Positions 12,318-24,351 of a DNA stretch of 57,579 bases are shown here, in pieces. This stretch comes from Octopus sinensis. Taxonomy: Eukaryota. The stretch spans positions 1 through 57,579 of the forward strand of contig NW_021832554.1 of assembly GCF_006345805.1 (NCBI RefSeq), written 5' to 3'. The notes beneath the pieces are model-generated. The model made no database searches, was not told the origin of the DNA, and saw nothing but the letters and a program-made list of their open reading frames with translations. The number at the start of each line of letters is the position of its first letter. Position 1 is the first letter of the stretch. The position numbers were made by a program, and so were the translations under genes.

Positions 12318-12807
12318 ATACTACCACCACCACAACTACCACCACCACCACAACTACCACAACCACCACCACCACCACCACAACTACCACAACCACCACC
12401 ACAACTACCACCACCACCACAACTACCACAACCACCACCACCACCACAACTACCACAACCACCACCACCACCACCACAACTACCACCACCACCACCACAC
12501 AACAACACCAGCTACTGCTACTACAGACACTACTACTATTATTACAATCACCATCACTACTACTACTACTACTACTACTATTACTATCACTGGTACTACT
12601 ACTACTACCACTACTGCTGCTGCTACTACTACTACTATTAATACTAGTACTACCACCTCCACCAACATCACCACAACTACTACTACCACCACCACCAGTA
12701 ACACTACCACCAATACTACTACTACCACCAACAGTACTACTACCACCACCACCACCACTACCATTTGCTAACAATAAAAAATGAAATACTCAGTACCAAA
12801 ACACCAT

Positions 12808-12838
<31 letters not shown>

Positions 12839-12875
12839 CCACTCCTACCACCACCACCACCACTACTACTACTAC
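12318..12875. repeat. (ACC/ACT)n microsatellite
   Basis: Direct inspection. Confidence 0.95.
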
Positions 12876-13232
12876 TAGAATAACAGCAGGTGGTGCTTCC
12901 TAGCAACAAGCTATGTGTCAATAGATATCGAGGCCGCACATTTCCTTGTTTACTCTAAGATAACCGGTGCCGGCCAATGTACTTAAACGGGTTCTTTTAA
13001 TGACTTTCTCAAGATTCAGGAGATTAGAAACTGGATTACCTCCATTCCCTTTCCCCGTCTTCCAGTTTGCTTCTTGCTCGGGTGTTGACCAACGAGTCAG
13101 TGTTTATATATGTGTGTATATGAGTGTCACCTTACCCTAATTAAATTAATTCTTAATGACTTGAGATACTCGTTCTGCCCTCCTTTTGATTTTTCCTCCA
13201 ATATGATAAATATATATATATAAAATATACAT

Positions 13233-13265
<33 letters not shown>

Positions 13266-13536
13266 CACATATATATATATATATATATACATATATATAT
13301 ACATATATGTATATACATATATATATATATATACACATATATATATATACACACACATATATATACACACACATATATATATATACATATACATACATAT
13401 ATACATATACATAAATATATATATATACATATAAGTACAAAGTGAGATAGGGGTTATGAGTGAAACCAATATATATATACATGTATATATACATATATAC
13501 ATACATAAATATATACATACATATATACATACATAT

Positions 13537-13575
<39 letters not shown>

Positions 13576-14126
13576 TTATATCATCATCATCATCATCATC
13601 ATTTAGCGTGTCCGCTTTCCATGCTAGCATGCGTTGGACGGTTCAACTGGGGTCTGTGAAGCCAGAAGACTTCATCAGGCCCAGTCAGATCTGGCAGTGT
13701 TTCTACGGCTGGATGCCCTTCCTAACGCCAACCACTCCGTGAGTGTAGTGGGTGCTTTTTACGTGCCACCCGCACAGGTGCCAGACAGAGCTGGCAAACG
13801 GACACGAACGGATGGTGCTTTTACCATATATATATATATATATATATCTATATAATAATATGTTACATTACTCGATAGTCAAGATAAAACTCTGAGTTTC
13901 AAATGCCGAAGTGGAAATCCACAACACCATCTCTTCGGTTATCTGGCTATTTGAAAACGCTATGAAAAAATACCGTTATATAAAGGGAAATTACTGTCTT
14001 TTCGTGGAAGAAGGTTTATGTTCCTATAACCTGTGTTAATTCTGTAACCCTTTAAAATGGAAGATAAGAAAGTTCCTTTTCGGCACTTGATGCTTTGGGA
14101 ACCAGACAAAAATTGCTGCAGCTCGG

Positions 14127-15410
14127 CCGGGATGTCCGGAAAGTTCGTGCTGATTTATAGTAGCTTACCTTTTGACTTATTTTAGAACATGGTTGAGTCC
14201 ATAAAATAGGATTTGACTACACCTCCATTTAGAGCACAGTTTAAGCTGTCTTTTCATGGAAGAAGGTTTATGTTCCTATAACCTGTGTTAATTCTGTAAC
14301 CCTTTAAAATGGAAGATAAGAAAGTTAATTTTCGGCACTTGAGGCTTTTCTTTTTCTGTAAAGGGAAAAATGCCTCACAAGCTACCAAAGAAATATGCGC
14401 AGTTTACAGTGATGTTTCTTTATCCGAAAGAACTGTACGGAAGTGGTTCGCAAGGTTCTGAGCTGGAGATTGTAGCCTTATTGATAAAGAGCGATCAGGC
14501 AGACCATCCATTACAGATGATGACCAAATCACGTCATTAATTGAGAATAACCCACATTGCACACCCCAAGAATTGGCAGAAAGCTTCAACCTATCAAAAT
14601 CCATCGCTCATGAGCACCTGGTAAAGCTTGGGTACACAAATTGCTACGATGTTTGGGTACCACATTAGTTGAGTGAGAAGAACCTTTTGGATCGCATTTC
14701 CATCTGTGATTCACTTTATAAACGGAATGAAAACGCACCTTTTTTAAAGCAAATTGTGACAGGTGATGAGAAATGGATTATCTACCGAAATGTTCAGAGA
14801 ATGCGTTCCTGGAGTAAGCGACATGAGCCACCCTTAGCCACCCCAAAAGCAGGTCTTCACCCTAAAAAAGTCTTGTTTTGTGTCTTGTGGGATTGAAAAG
14901 GAATTCTGTACTTTGAGCTTCTCCCAAGTAACCAGACAATTAATTCTGAGAAATACTGCACACAACTGGATGAGTTAAAAGCTGCAATTCAAGAGAGACA
15001 TCCAGAATTGGCCAATATGAAGGGTGTTGTTTTCCAACATGATAATGCAAGACTGCACGTTTCTTTGGGAACTAGACAAAAATTACTGCAGCTTGGCTGG
15101 GATGTGTTACCCCACCCTCCATATTCACCAGATATTGCTCCTTCAGATTTCCACTTACTCAGGTCTCTGCAGAATAGCCTTAATGGTAAAAATTTCAATT
15201 CCTTGGATGATGTAAAAAGTTATCTTGATGAATTCTTTGCCATGAAACCACCTCAATTCTGGGAAGAGGGTATTTTCAAGTTAAAGGAAAGATGGAGACA
15301 CATTGTGCAAGAAAATGGTTCATATTTGGTTGATTAAAAATGTAATGGCAAGTATTTATTGACCTTTTTCTTTTCTTTAAAAATTGGCACGAACTTTCCA
15401 GACAACCCAA
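14127..15410 (+). mobile_element. Near full-length mariner transposon
   Basis: Right TIR AAAATTGGCACGAACTTTCCAGACAACCCAA (15380-15410) followed by TA; left TIR remnant CCGGGATGTCCGGAAAGTTCGTGCTGATTT (14127-14156). Confidence 0.92.
14309..15337 (+). pseudogene. Mariner DD34D transposase, 343 codons in one frame with three premature stops
   Basis: ATG 14309; WVPH*L, TGDEKW, HDNA and YSPDIAPSD motifs; stops at 14459 (TGA), 14666 (TAG) and 14894 (TGA); no frameshift. Confidence 0.93.
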
Positions 15411-16097
15411 TATATGCAAATTTTGAGGACGTATCAGTCTCCATATTCTTTATGGTCATAATTATTGCAAATGAACACTCCAGATAATCTTACCATTCAG
15501 TGAAGTGGACATGGAATTACCCATCGGTAGAATTTACAGTGTGATAGACAACTCCTAGTAGTCATAAATGCGAAATACTAATCCATGCAGCTAGTCGTAA
15601 CCTGGAAGATGACTGGGAGCCACCATGGTATCCGCCCAGATAATATAGTCATCTGAACTCACACACACACACACACACACATATAAAAGCTCTTTACTCT
15701 TTCACTTGTTTGAGTCATCTGACTGTGGCCATGCTGGAACACCACCTTTCCAGTCGAAGAAATCGACCTCTGAACTTATTCTTTGTAAGCCTGTCATTTT
15801 TTCCGTTTGTCTCTTTTGCTGAACTGCTAAGTTACAGGGACATGAACAAATCAGCATCAGTTGTTAAGTGATGATGGAGGGGGGTGAACAGACACACCAC
15901 ACACACACACAGATACACCATATATATATATACACATATGTATATATATATATATGTACACATATGTGTATATATATATATGTATATATATATATGTATA
16001 TAATATATATGTTATCCAATAATATAATATATATATAATAAATATATATAGATATACATATATATATACTATATATATATATATATATATATAATAT

Positions 16098-16156
<59 letters not shown>

Positions 16157-16559
16157 TATATATATATAAACACACACACACACACATATGTACACAGACT
16201 CTCACATATATATATATATATATGTATGGAACATAAAAAGCATCCACTACACTCTCGGTGTGGTTGGCGTTTGGAAGGGCATCCAGCTGTAGAAACATTG
16301 CCAGATCAGATTGGAACTTTTGGAATCTGATTCTGAAAGAATGCTTTTGTGAACTAGCATATGTCTATTAATTCCAGATATCTTCTTACAAGTTTTGTGA
16401 CATATGACACGAATCGTAAGAGGCGGTTTGTGTCCAAGATCAGATCATTACCTGTCCGGACACTATGAGAGTGAAGGAACATTCTTGCATGAGATTATTA
16501 AGGAATTAATTAATCTGCGGTGAATGTAATTTCTCACAAGCCAGAGCTGTTCAAGGGAG

Positions 16560-17343
16560 GTACGGTGAGCTGGCAGAAACGTTAGCACGCCGGGCGAAAT
16601 GCTTAGCGGTATTTCGTCTGCCGTTACGTTCTGAGTTCAAATTCCGTCGAGGTCGACTTTGCCTTTCATCCTTTCGGGGTCGATAAATTAAGTACCAGTT
16701 ACGCACTGGGGTCGATGTAATCGACTTAATCCCTTTGTCTGTCCTTGTTTGTCCCCTCTGTGTTTAGCCCCTTGTGGGTAGTGAAGAAATAGGTATTTCG
16801 TCTGCGTTACGGTCTGAGTTCAAATTCCGTCGAGGTCGATTTTGCCTTTCATCCTTTCGGGGTCGATAAAATAAGTACCAGCTATGCACTGGGGTCGATG
16901 TAATCGACTTAATCCCTTTGTCTGTCCTTGTTTGTCCCCTCTGTGTTTAGCCCCTTGTGGGTAATAAAGAAATAGGTATTTCGTCAGCCGTTACGTTCTG
17001 AGTTCAAATTCCGTCGAGGTAGACTTTGCCTTTCATCCTTTCGGGGTCGATAAATTAAGTACCAGTTACGCACTGGGGTCGATGTAATCGACTTAATCCC
17101 TTTGTCTGTCCTTGTTTGTCCCCTCTATGTTTAGCCCCTTGTGGGTAATAAAGAAATAGGTATTTCGTCTGTCGTTACGTTCTGAGTTCAAATTCCGCCG
17201 AGGTCGACTTTACCTTTCATCCTTTCGGGGTCGATTAAATAAGTACCAGTTACGCACTGGCGGTCGATATAATCGACTTAATCCGTTTATCTGTCCTTGT
17301 TTGTCCTCTCTGTGTGTAAACCCTTGTGGGTAGTAAAGAAATA
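16560..17343 (+). mobile_element. SINE family A tetramer
   Basis: One full head followed by three head-truncated units, each joined by GAAATA|GGTATTTCG. Confidence 0.9.
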
Positions 17344-17477
17344 TATAAGTTATCTCTCCTGGGGCTAGCGACAGGGTGGATATAGAAAGTCTGTATAGGC
17401 AGACATAACTTCAATTATTCTCGTCCACAATGCAAACAAGTCGTAACATTTTCGCAGTGAAAGGGAGGTAACCAGAT

Positions 17478-17575
17478 ATTACTATAACTTATCTTCCCTG
17501 AGGTCAAAGAAATTACTATAGGTTATCTCCCCTGAGGTCAAGATATTACCATAAGTTATCTCCACTGAGGTTCAT
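17478..17575. repeat. ~35-bp minisatellite, three copies
   Basis: ATTAC(T/C)ATAA/GG/CTTATCT...CTGAGGT repeated three times. Confidence 0.6.
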
Positions 17576-17668
17576 TTGAGAATGTTGGAAAACAGAAAGA
17601 TTTTTTTCCACAGGAAACCATGCAGTGTTCAGCACCTATTCTCGCTGTTCATCACGAGTGTGTGTGTG

Positions 17669-18325
17669 TATCAACATCTTACAAACAATAACTCTGAGCA
17701 CCTTTTCAAACTCCACCCGTCTAACACCCGTGGACATGTTTACAAAGTAAGAAAACAGCACAGCTCCCATGACTTTTGGAAACATTGTTTCATGCTGAGG
17801 GTTGCTGAAGCATGGAACAAACTGCCGGCATCAGTTGTTAGTTGTCGGAGCACTGCATCCTTCAAAGCTTCCATGCTTCCTGAGATTCGCCAACACTACA
17901 CCTGATTTTCTCCCCTCCATACACACGCTGAAGCATGGAACAAACTGCCGGCAAATCGGTTGTTAGTTGTCGGAGCACTGCATCCTTCAAAACTTCCCAT
18001 GCTTTCTGAGAGATTCGCCAACAACTACACCTGATTTTTCTTTTCTCCCCTCCATACAAACACACGCTGAGCATGGAACAAACTGCCGGCATCAGTTGTT
18101 AGTTGTCAGGCACTGCATTTTCTTCAAAACTTCCATGCTTCCTAGATTCGCCAACAGTACACCTGAGTTTTCTCCCCTCCATACACACACAAGCATGTAT
18201 CTTGACCTCATACACTGTTCGCTTCCCAGACATTTGTATACATTACTGCATGTACTTTATATGCACTTTGTGACAAGTTGTGGTGCACCTGAGCACTGTA
18301 TACAATAATTTCATTATTATTATTA
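17669..18325 (+). mobile_element. CR1-clade LINE 3' end with a triplicated terminal segment
   Basis: TRGHVYKVRK....FW....LRVAEAWNKLPASVV motif; the GCATGGAACAAACTGCCGGCA...ACACCTGA block occurs three times; tail CATTATTATT. Confidence 0.85.
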
Positions 18326-18429
18326 TTAATATCTAGCAGAAGTAACAGAGTCACTCAAGGTTCGTGAGTTTACTCTACTGGCACTTAGCAAACGCACGAA
18401 ACTCTCGGGCCTTGAGTCACTCTCTTATT

Positions 18430-19016
18430 TCTCGTGGCTGTGTGGTAAGTAGCTTGCTAACCAACCACATGGTTCCGGGTTCAGTCCCACTGCGTGGCAT
18501 CTTGGGCAAGTGTCTTCTGCTATAGCCCCGGGCCGACCAATGCCTTGTGAGTGGATTTGGTAGACGGAAACTGAAAGAAGCCCGTCGTATATATGTATAT
18601 ATATGTATATAGGCGCAGGAGTGGCTGTGTTGTTAAGTAGGTTGCTAACCACCACATGGTTCCGGGTTCAGTCCCACTAGCGTGGCATCTTGGGCAAGTG
18701 TCTTCTACTATAGCCCGGCCGACAATGCCTTGTGAGTGGATTTGGTAGACGGAAACTGAAGAAGCCTGTCGTATATATGTATATATATATATATATATGT
18801 GTGTGTGTTTGTTTGTCTGTGTTTTGTCCCCCTAGCATTGCTTGACAACCGATGCTGGTGTTTATGTTGTCCCCCGTCACTTAGCGGTTCGGCAAAGAGA
18901 CCGATAGAATAAGTACTGGGCTTACAAAATAAGTCCCGGGTCGATTTGCTCGACTAAGGCGGTGCTCCAGCATGGCCGCAGTCAAATGACTGAAACAAGT
19001 AAGAGAGTAAAAGAGA
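18430..19016 (+). mobile_element. tRNA-derived SINE family B (duplicated head, internal (TA/TG)n, tail)
   Basis: B-box GGTTCAGTCCC, CTTGGGCAAGTGTCTT core and tail CAGCATGGCCGCAGTCAAATGACTGAAACAAGTAA. Confidence 0.85.
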
Positions 19017-19107
19017 TATGCTCATATTCTCAGTTCCTTTTTCTTGTTTGCATGTGTATGTGTGAGTTTGTGTGTGTGTACATACACACACATATACACA
19101 TTAAAAA

Positions 19108-19448
19108 GTAAAGACCCCCTTCGGTCATGAATGACCATGGGATTGCACCTAGGAAGTTACCCTCCTAGACACAAGTCAGGGCAAGGTTGTTTATGGAAGA
19201 CCAGCAGTCGCCCATGCATACCGGCCTCTCCTTTCCACGCCACCAGTGTTATCCAAGGGAAAGGCAAAGGGGTCGATACAGCTTGGCACCAGTGACGTCG
19301 CAACTCATTTCTACAGCTGAGTGAACTGGAGCAACGTGAAATAAAGTGCCTTGCTCGAGAACACAACACGCAGCCCGGTCCGGGATTCGAGCTCACAACC
19401 TCACGATCGTAAGCTCGACGCTCTAACCACTGAGCCATGCGCCTTCAC
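19108..19448 (-). mobile_element. tRNA-derived SINE, third family
   Basis: Reverse complement has A-box TGGCTCAGTGGTTAG, B-box-like CTCGAATCCC and core GAGCAAGGCACTTTATTTCAC; a related copy lies at 49020-49330. Confidence 0.75.
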
Positions 19449-19740
19449 ATATACACATTATAAAATATATATATATATATATATATAGGGTGGTGAATAC
19501 TCGTTATAAATATCACCACCAGTGGCCAAGCATGTATAAAAGGTTTTTATTTTTTATTTACTTCGAAATTTGCTATAAAATTGTGGTTTTTGGCCGTCTT
19601 GGCTGCTATTTCTAGCATGTAAAATTACCTGTTAAAGGGTAATTTTCTATTTTGAAATACCATTATAAAATAGATAGATATATACACAGATTGATACATA
19701 CATACTACATACATACATAGGTAACAGATAGATAGATAGA

Positions 19741-19890
19741 TTTCTTTATTGGCCATGCAGGGCGGAACACAGAAAGGACAAAATACAAAGTAGAGCTTTT
19801 CTTTTTGGGAAGAAGAGAAGGAAAAAAAAAAGGTCGAATTCCAATCAGAAGGGATCATAAAAAAATAGTCGGGACGATCAATAGGGATCG
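19741..19890 (-). mobile_element. Tx1-clade LINE 3' UTR fragment in (GATA)n
   Basis: Ends GGCCAATAAAGAAAT; matches the 3' UTR of the 20081-20996 copy. Confidence 0.65.
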
Positions 19891-19924
19891 TGACAGATAG
19901 ACAGAAAGACAGACAGATAGATAA

Positions 19925-19973
<49 letters not shown>

Positions 19974-20080
19974 TAAGTAGATAGATAGATAGATAGAAAG
20001 ATAGATATAGATAGATAAAAAGATAGATATAGATAGATAGATGGATGGATGGATAGATGGATGGATAAATAAATAGATAA

Positions 20081-20995
20081 GTTTCCTTATTGGCCACACA
20101 GGGCTGCACACAGATGGGACAAATTACAAGGTAGAGCTTTTCTTTTGGGGGATGAAAAAGAAAAAAAAAAGTGGCCTAGGTTTTCGATCAAAAGGGATCG
20201 TAAAAAGGAAAAAAGAAAAAAAAGGAAAAGAAACAAAAGAAAAAAGAAAAAAGAAAAGAGGGAAAAAAACGATCAATAGGGATCGTGTATCACAGTGTCA
20301 TGATGTACAGTGTAAAGGGGGAAGCAGATAAGGTTTATCCGTGGGAAGAAAAGCCTACGGAAAAGACTACGGTAACCTTGGTCAATATTGTTATATGTTA
20401 CCACATTTGTTTGCAAGTGGGTAACCCTCTGTTTTCAATTTCTGGGTTCATAGGATTATGCTCAAGGTGGCTTCGTCATTCATACGTGCCATTCTTGCTA
20501 CATTCACACCATCTTTTTTTAAAACATTCGCTAGACAAACTTGCCTCTCTACTCTCACTTTCCTTTTCAAGTGGTACTTGAAGAAGTTGATGAGAGATTG
20601 ACCAAGAGAAGTGTTTTTGTCTCTAATCCTTTCAGACGCGTCCACCAGATACATTCTTTCGCCATAGCCACAAGGATGATGAAAATAGCTCTTCCTTCCC
20701 ATTTGAAGGAAGGAGGCGGTGACAATATTGACGATAGACTCAGCTGGTAAACCGACTCGTCCCACACGTGACAGCAGTTGTTCGACATAAGCCCACAGGT
20801 CGGAAATTGTTGGACACTGCACGAGTGCGTGCAGAACGGTTTCGTCGCTCTGACCGCATCTCGGGCAGGTCGGCCCTGTGTTTCTCGAGCCGTGTCTGTA
20901 GAGCTTATCCCGAATGGGTAGTGCTTCTCGGTAGCACTGCCAGGCCAGGGATCTCTGGAAGTTGTCCATGGGCCCTGGCCCGAAAGTTGTCCCGA

Positions 20996-20996
<1 letters not shown>
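20081..20996 (-). mobile_element. Tx1/L1-clade LINE, 5'-truncated (zf-RVT region plus 3' UTR)
   Basis: ORF 20448-20969: [16 protein letters not shown]...[19 protein letters not shown] zinc-finger motif; (GATA)n on both sides. Confidence 0.88.
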
Positions 20997-21046
<50 letters not shown>

Positions 21047-21051
21047 GATAA

Positions 21052-21121
<70 letters not shown>

Positions 21122-21198
21122 GGGTAGATGGATGGATGGATGGATGGATGGATGGATGGACAAATAGATAGACAAATAGATAGATGGACAGATAGACG

Positions 21199-21244
<46 letters not shown>

Positions 21245-21310
21245 ATAGTAGATAGATAGATAGATAGACAGACAGATAGATGGATAGACAGATAAAATAA
21301 AGAGATAGAG
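20995..21310. repeat. (GATA/GATG)n microsatellite
   Basis: Direct inspection. Confidence 0.95.
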
Positions 21311-21424
21311 AGATGAAAGTTTCTTCAAAGACCTATGCTGAAAGTTCTTTACTGCTGTACTAAAACCCCAAAACCAACAAATTGCAAACTGACCTTCATT
21401 GCCCAACAGCTGTAAACTACTTAC

Positions 21425-21614
21425 CTGGCTTTACAGGTGTTAATCAGTTTCCTCGTTTCCAAGTCGTAAACATGGATAAAGGCATCGGATCCTGTCGTCA
21501 GAAGTTTTGACCTGTCGGGGTTGACTTCAATGGAGAGAGTCTGGCGTTTCTCGCTAATCGTGGCAACGCAGGTAGCCGTGGGGTAGTGCCAGAGTTTCAC
21601 CATTCCTGAAGCAT
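21425..21614 (-). CDS. WD40-repeat protein, coding exon 4: (Y)[62 protein letters not shown](S)
   Basis: Acceptor cttccag, donor cag|gtaagt; 190 nt, phase 1 in and phase 2 out; two WD-type motifs (VKLWH, IHVYD). Confidence 0.93.
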
Positions 21615-21639
21615 CTGGAAGACGGTTAGAGGATAGTAG

Positions 21640-22425
21640 TGGTGGTGATGGTGGCAGTGGTGGTGGTGATGGTGGTGATGGTGGTAGTGGTGGCAGTGGA
21701 GGTGGTGATGGGTGGTGGTGATGATGGTGGTGATGATGGTGGTGGTGGTGATGGTGATTGTGGAGGTGATGATGGGTGGTGGTGATGTGGAGGTGGTGAT
21801 GGTGGAGGTGGTGATGGTGGTTGTGGAGGTGGTGATGGTGGAGGTGGTGATGGTGGTGGTGATGATGGTGGTGGTGGTGATGATGGTGGTGGTGGTGATG
21901 GTGATTGTGGAGGTGGTGATGGAGGTGGTGATGGTGTGGTGATGATGGTGGTGGTGGTGATGATGGTGATGTTGGTGGTGGTGGTGGTGGTGATGTTAGT
22001 GGTGGTGGTGGTGATGTTGGTGGTGGTGGTGGTGATGTTGGTGGTGGTGATGGTGGTGGTGATGATGATGATGGTGGTGGTGGTGATGGTGGTGATGATG
22101 GTGGTTGTGGTGGTGGTAATGGTAACGATGGTTGTGGTAGTGGTGATGCTGGTAGTGGTGGTGGTTGTGGCAGTGGTGGTGATGGTGGTGGTAGTGGTGA
22201 TGGTGGTGGTGGTTCTGGTGGCTGTTGTGGCAATGGTGGAGGTGGTGGTCATGGTTGTAATGATGGCGATGATGATGGGGATGGTAGTGGAGATAATAGT
22301 GGCAGTGATGGTGATAGTGGTGGTGATGGTTGCAAGCAGTGGTGACGGTGACAATGTTGGTGGTGGTGGTGGTGGTGTTGGCCATGGTAGTGATGACGAC
22401 GACGACGATGATGACAATGATGCTG
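21640..22425. repeat. (GGT/GAT)n microsatellite filling most of an 830-nt intron
   Basis: Direct inspection; source of the poly-P/H/T ORFs. Confidence 0.95.
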
Positions 22426-22444
22426 ACTAACTTCTGCTACTCAC

Positions 22445-22589
22445 ATGATGCAATCAGTATGTTCATGTAGTCGTTCCTCCGTTCAGTATCAAGCGCCCTG
22501 AAGCGGATCTGAGTGACGGGGAGGTGCAACATGAGGCAGTCCTTGTCCGCAAGCTGGTACCTGGCCTGGCCGGACTGGGTGTTGTATAT
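22445..22589 (-). CDS. WD40-repeat protein, coding exon 3: IYNTQSGQARYQLADKDCLMLHLPVTQIRFRALDTERRNDYMNILIAS
   Basis: Acceptor tttttctcag, donor t|gtgagt; 145 nt, phase 0 in and phase 1 out. Confidence 0.92.
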
Positions 22590-22609
22590 CTGAGAAAAAC
22601 AGGGAGAGT

Positions 22610-22652
22610 TTGAGAGAGAGAGAGAGTGAGAGAGAGAGAGAGAGAGAGAGGT

Positions 22653-22694
<42 letters not shown>

Positions 22695-22710
22695 AGAGAG
22701 AGAGAGAGAA

Positions 22711-22742
<32 letters not shown>

Positions 22743-22825
22743 GTAGAGAGAGAGAGAGAAAAGAGAAAGAGAGAGAGAGAGAGAGGTAGAGAGAGAGAGA
22801 GAAAGAGAGAAAGAGAGAGAGAGGT

Positions 22826-22861
<36 letters not shown>

Positions 22862-22879
22862 GTAGAGAGAGAGAGAGAA

Positions 22880-22920
<41 letters not shown>

Positions 22921-22925
22921 GGTAG
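22610..22925. repeat. (GA)n microsatellite
   Basis: Direct inspection. Confidence 0.95.
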
Positions 22926-23069
22926 ACAGGGATACGGAAAAATACATGTGCAGGGGTTGATATAGGCAATAGTGCAAGCATGTGGTAAAACTTCTGCATC
23001 CCAACCACAAGGTTCTGGGTTCAGTCCCACTGCACGGCACCTTGGCAAAGAGTTTTCTAATATATATTT

Positions 23070-23296
23070 CCTTACTAGCCACAAGGGGCTAAACACAGAG
23101 GACACAAATAAGGACAGACAGACGGATTAAGTCGATTACATCGACCCCAGTGCGTAACTGGTACTTAATTTATCGACCCCGAAAGGATGAAAGGCAAAGT
23201 CGACCTTGGCGGAATTTGAACTGCGAACGTAACGGCAGACGAAATACGGCTACGCATTTCGCCCGGCGTGCTATCGATTCTGCCAACACGTCGCCT
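23070..23296 (-). mobile_element. SINE family A monomer
   Basis: Full body, B-box and tail in reverse orientation. Confidence 0.85.
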
Positions 23297-23675
23297 AATA
23301 TAGCCTTGGGTTGACCAAAGCCTTGGGAGCAGATTTGGTAGACAGAAACTGAAAGAAGCCCATCGTATATATACATATGGGCACATGTAGGTATCTTATT
23401 TATATTCTCTCGTAAGCTCTACTGAAGACGAATAAATCTTTTATGAGATTAATTCTGAAATTGATTCAATATAGAGATAACGAAATTTAAATATTCTAAT
23501 GGCCAGTTTGCCTGACTTCAGTTCGATTTTTGCTGTAGCGGGTAGATTATATGTGGAAATTGACGATTTAATAGTCTGTTATCAGCATATTGGCTTTGAA
23601 ATAATTTTCTTTAGCCCTTACTTATAAGTTATATATATATATATATGTATATATATATGTATATATATATATATC

Positions 23676-23707
<32 letters not shown>

Positions 23708-24266
23708 AGTAAATAAATGGCACAACTAAGTACCGATATTTACTGGAAATAGCGAAGGTAAAAATACGACGCTAATGGCTGGCTCCCGTGCCGCTGGCAC
23801 GTTAAAAGCTCGAACCGATCGTGACCGATGATGATGATGATGATGATGAATGTATAGCTTCACCGCGTATGTATTAGTAAAAATGCGTGTGTGCAACAAA
23901 CTAGAGAAAAACGTCTTACCGCCAGGGAGAACATCTGAAAGATGAAATACCCGGAAAAGGATAATGTGGGACCTGCAGGTTTCAGATTTTACAAGATATG
24001 ACTGCCACCCATATCTTATTCTATCTTCATCAGCCAAGCTAATTTATATATATATATATATATATGTATGTATATATATTCTTTTACTTTATTCTCATCA
24101 TACACACACACATTATACCCCTCATCATACACTCACACACACACACATATTATACTCATCATACACTCACACACACACACACATATTATACCCCTCATCA
24201 CACGCACACACACACATCACACTTCTCATCACACACACACACACGCGCCACCTCACCCCTCCTCAC

Positions 24267-24351
24267 CTTAATCATTCCATCCTTCAGTCCCACAGCCAGG
24301 TTTCTTCCATCAACAGAGAACTGGCAACACAACACATCGTTGGGACATTCC
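24267..24351 (-). CDS. WD40-repeat protein, coding exon 2: (L)ECPNDVLCCQFSVDGRNLAVGLKDGMIK
   Basis: Acceptor ttctgttgcag, donor aag|gtgagg; 85 nt, phase 2 in and phase 0 out; V.C..FS.DG..LAVG..DG.IK WD40 signature. Confidence 0.93.

Noticed and set aside
16320-16545. Unique island with a short plus-strand frame YLLTSFVTYDTNRKRRFVSKIRSLPVRTL*
   Set aside because: The best acceptor creates a TGA when joined to the upstream candidate exon, and there is no recognisable homology.
19370-19448. tRNA-like A- and B-boxes (also in other SINE heads)
   Set aside because: Each continues into a SINE body, and I could not fold a complete cloverleaf with an acceptor stem, so they are not called as tRNA genes.
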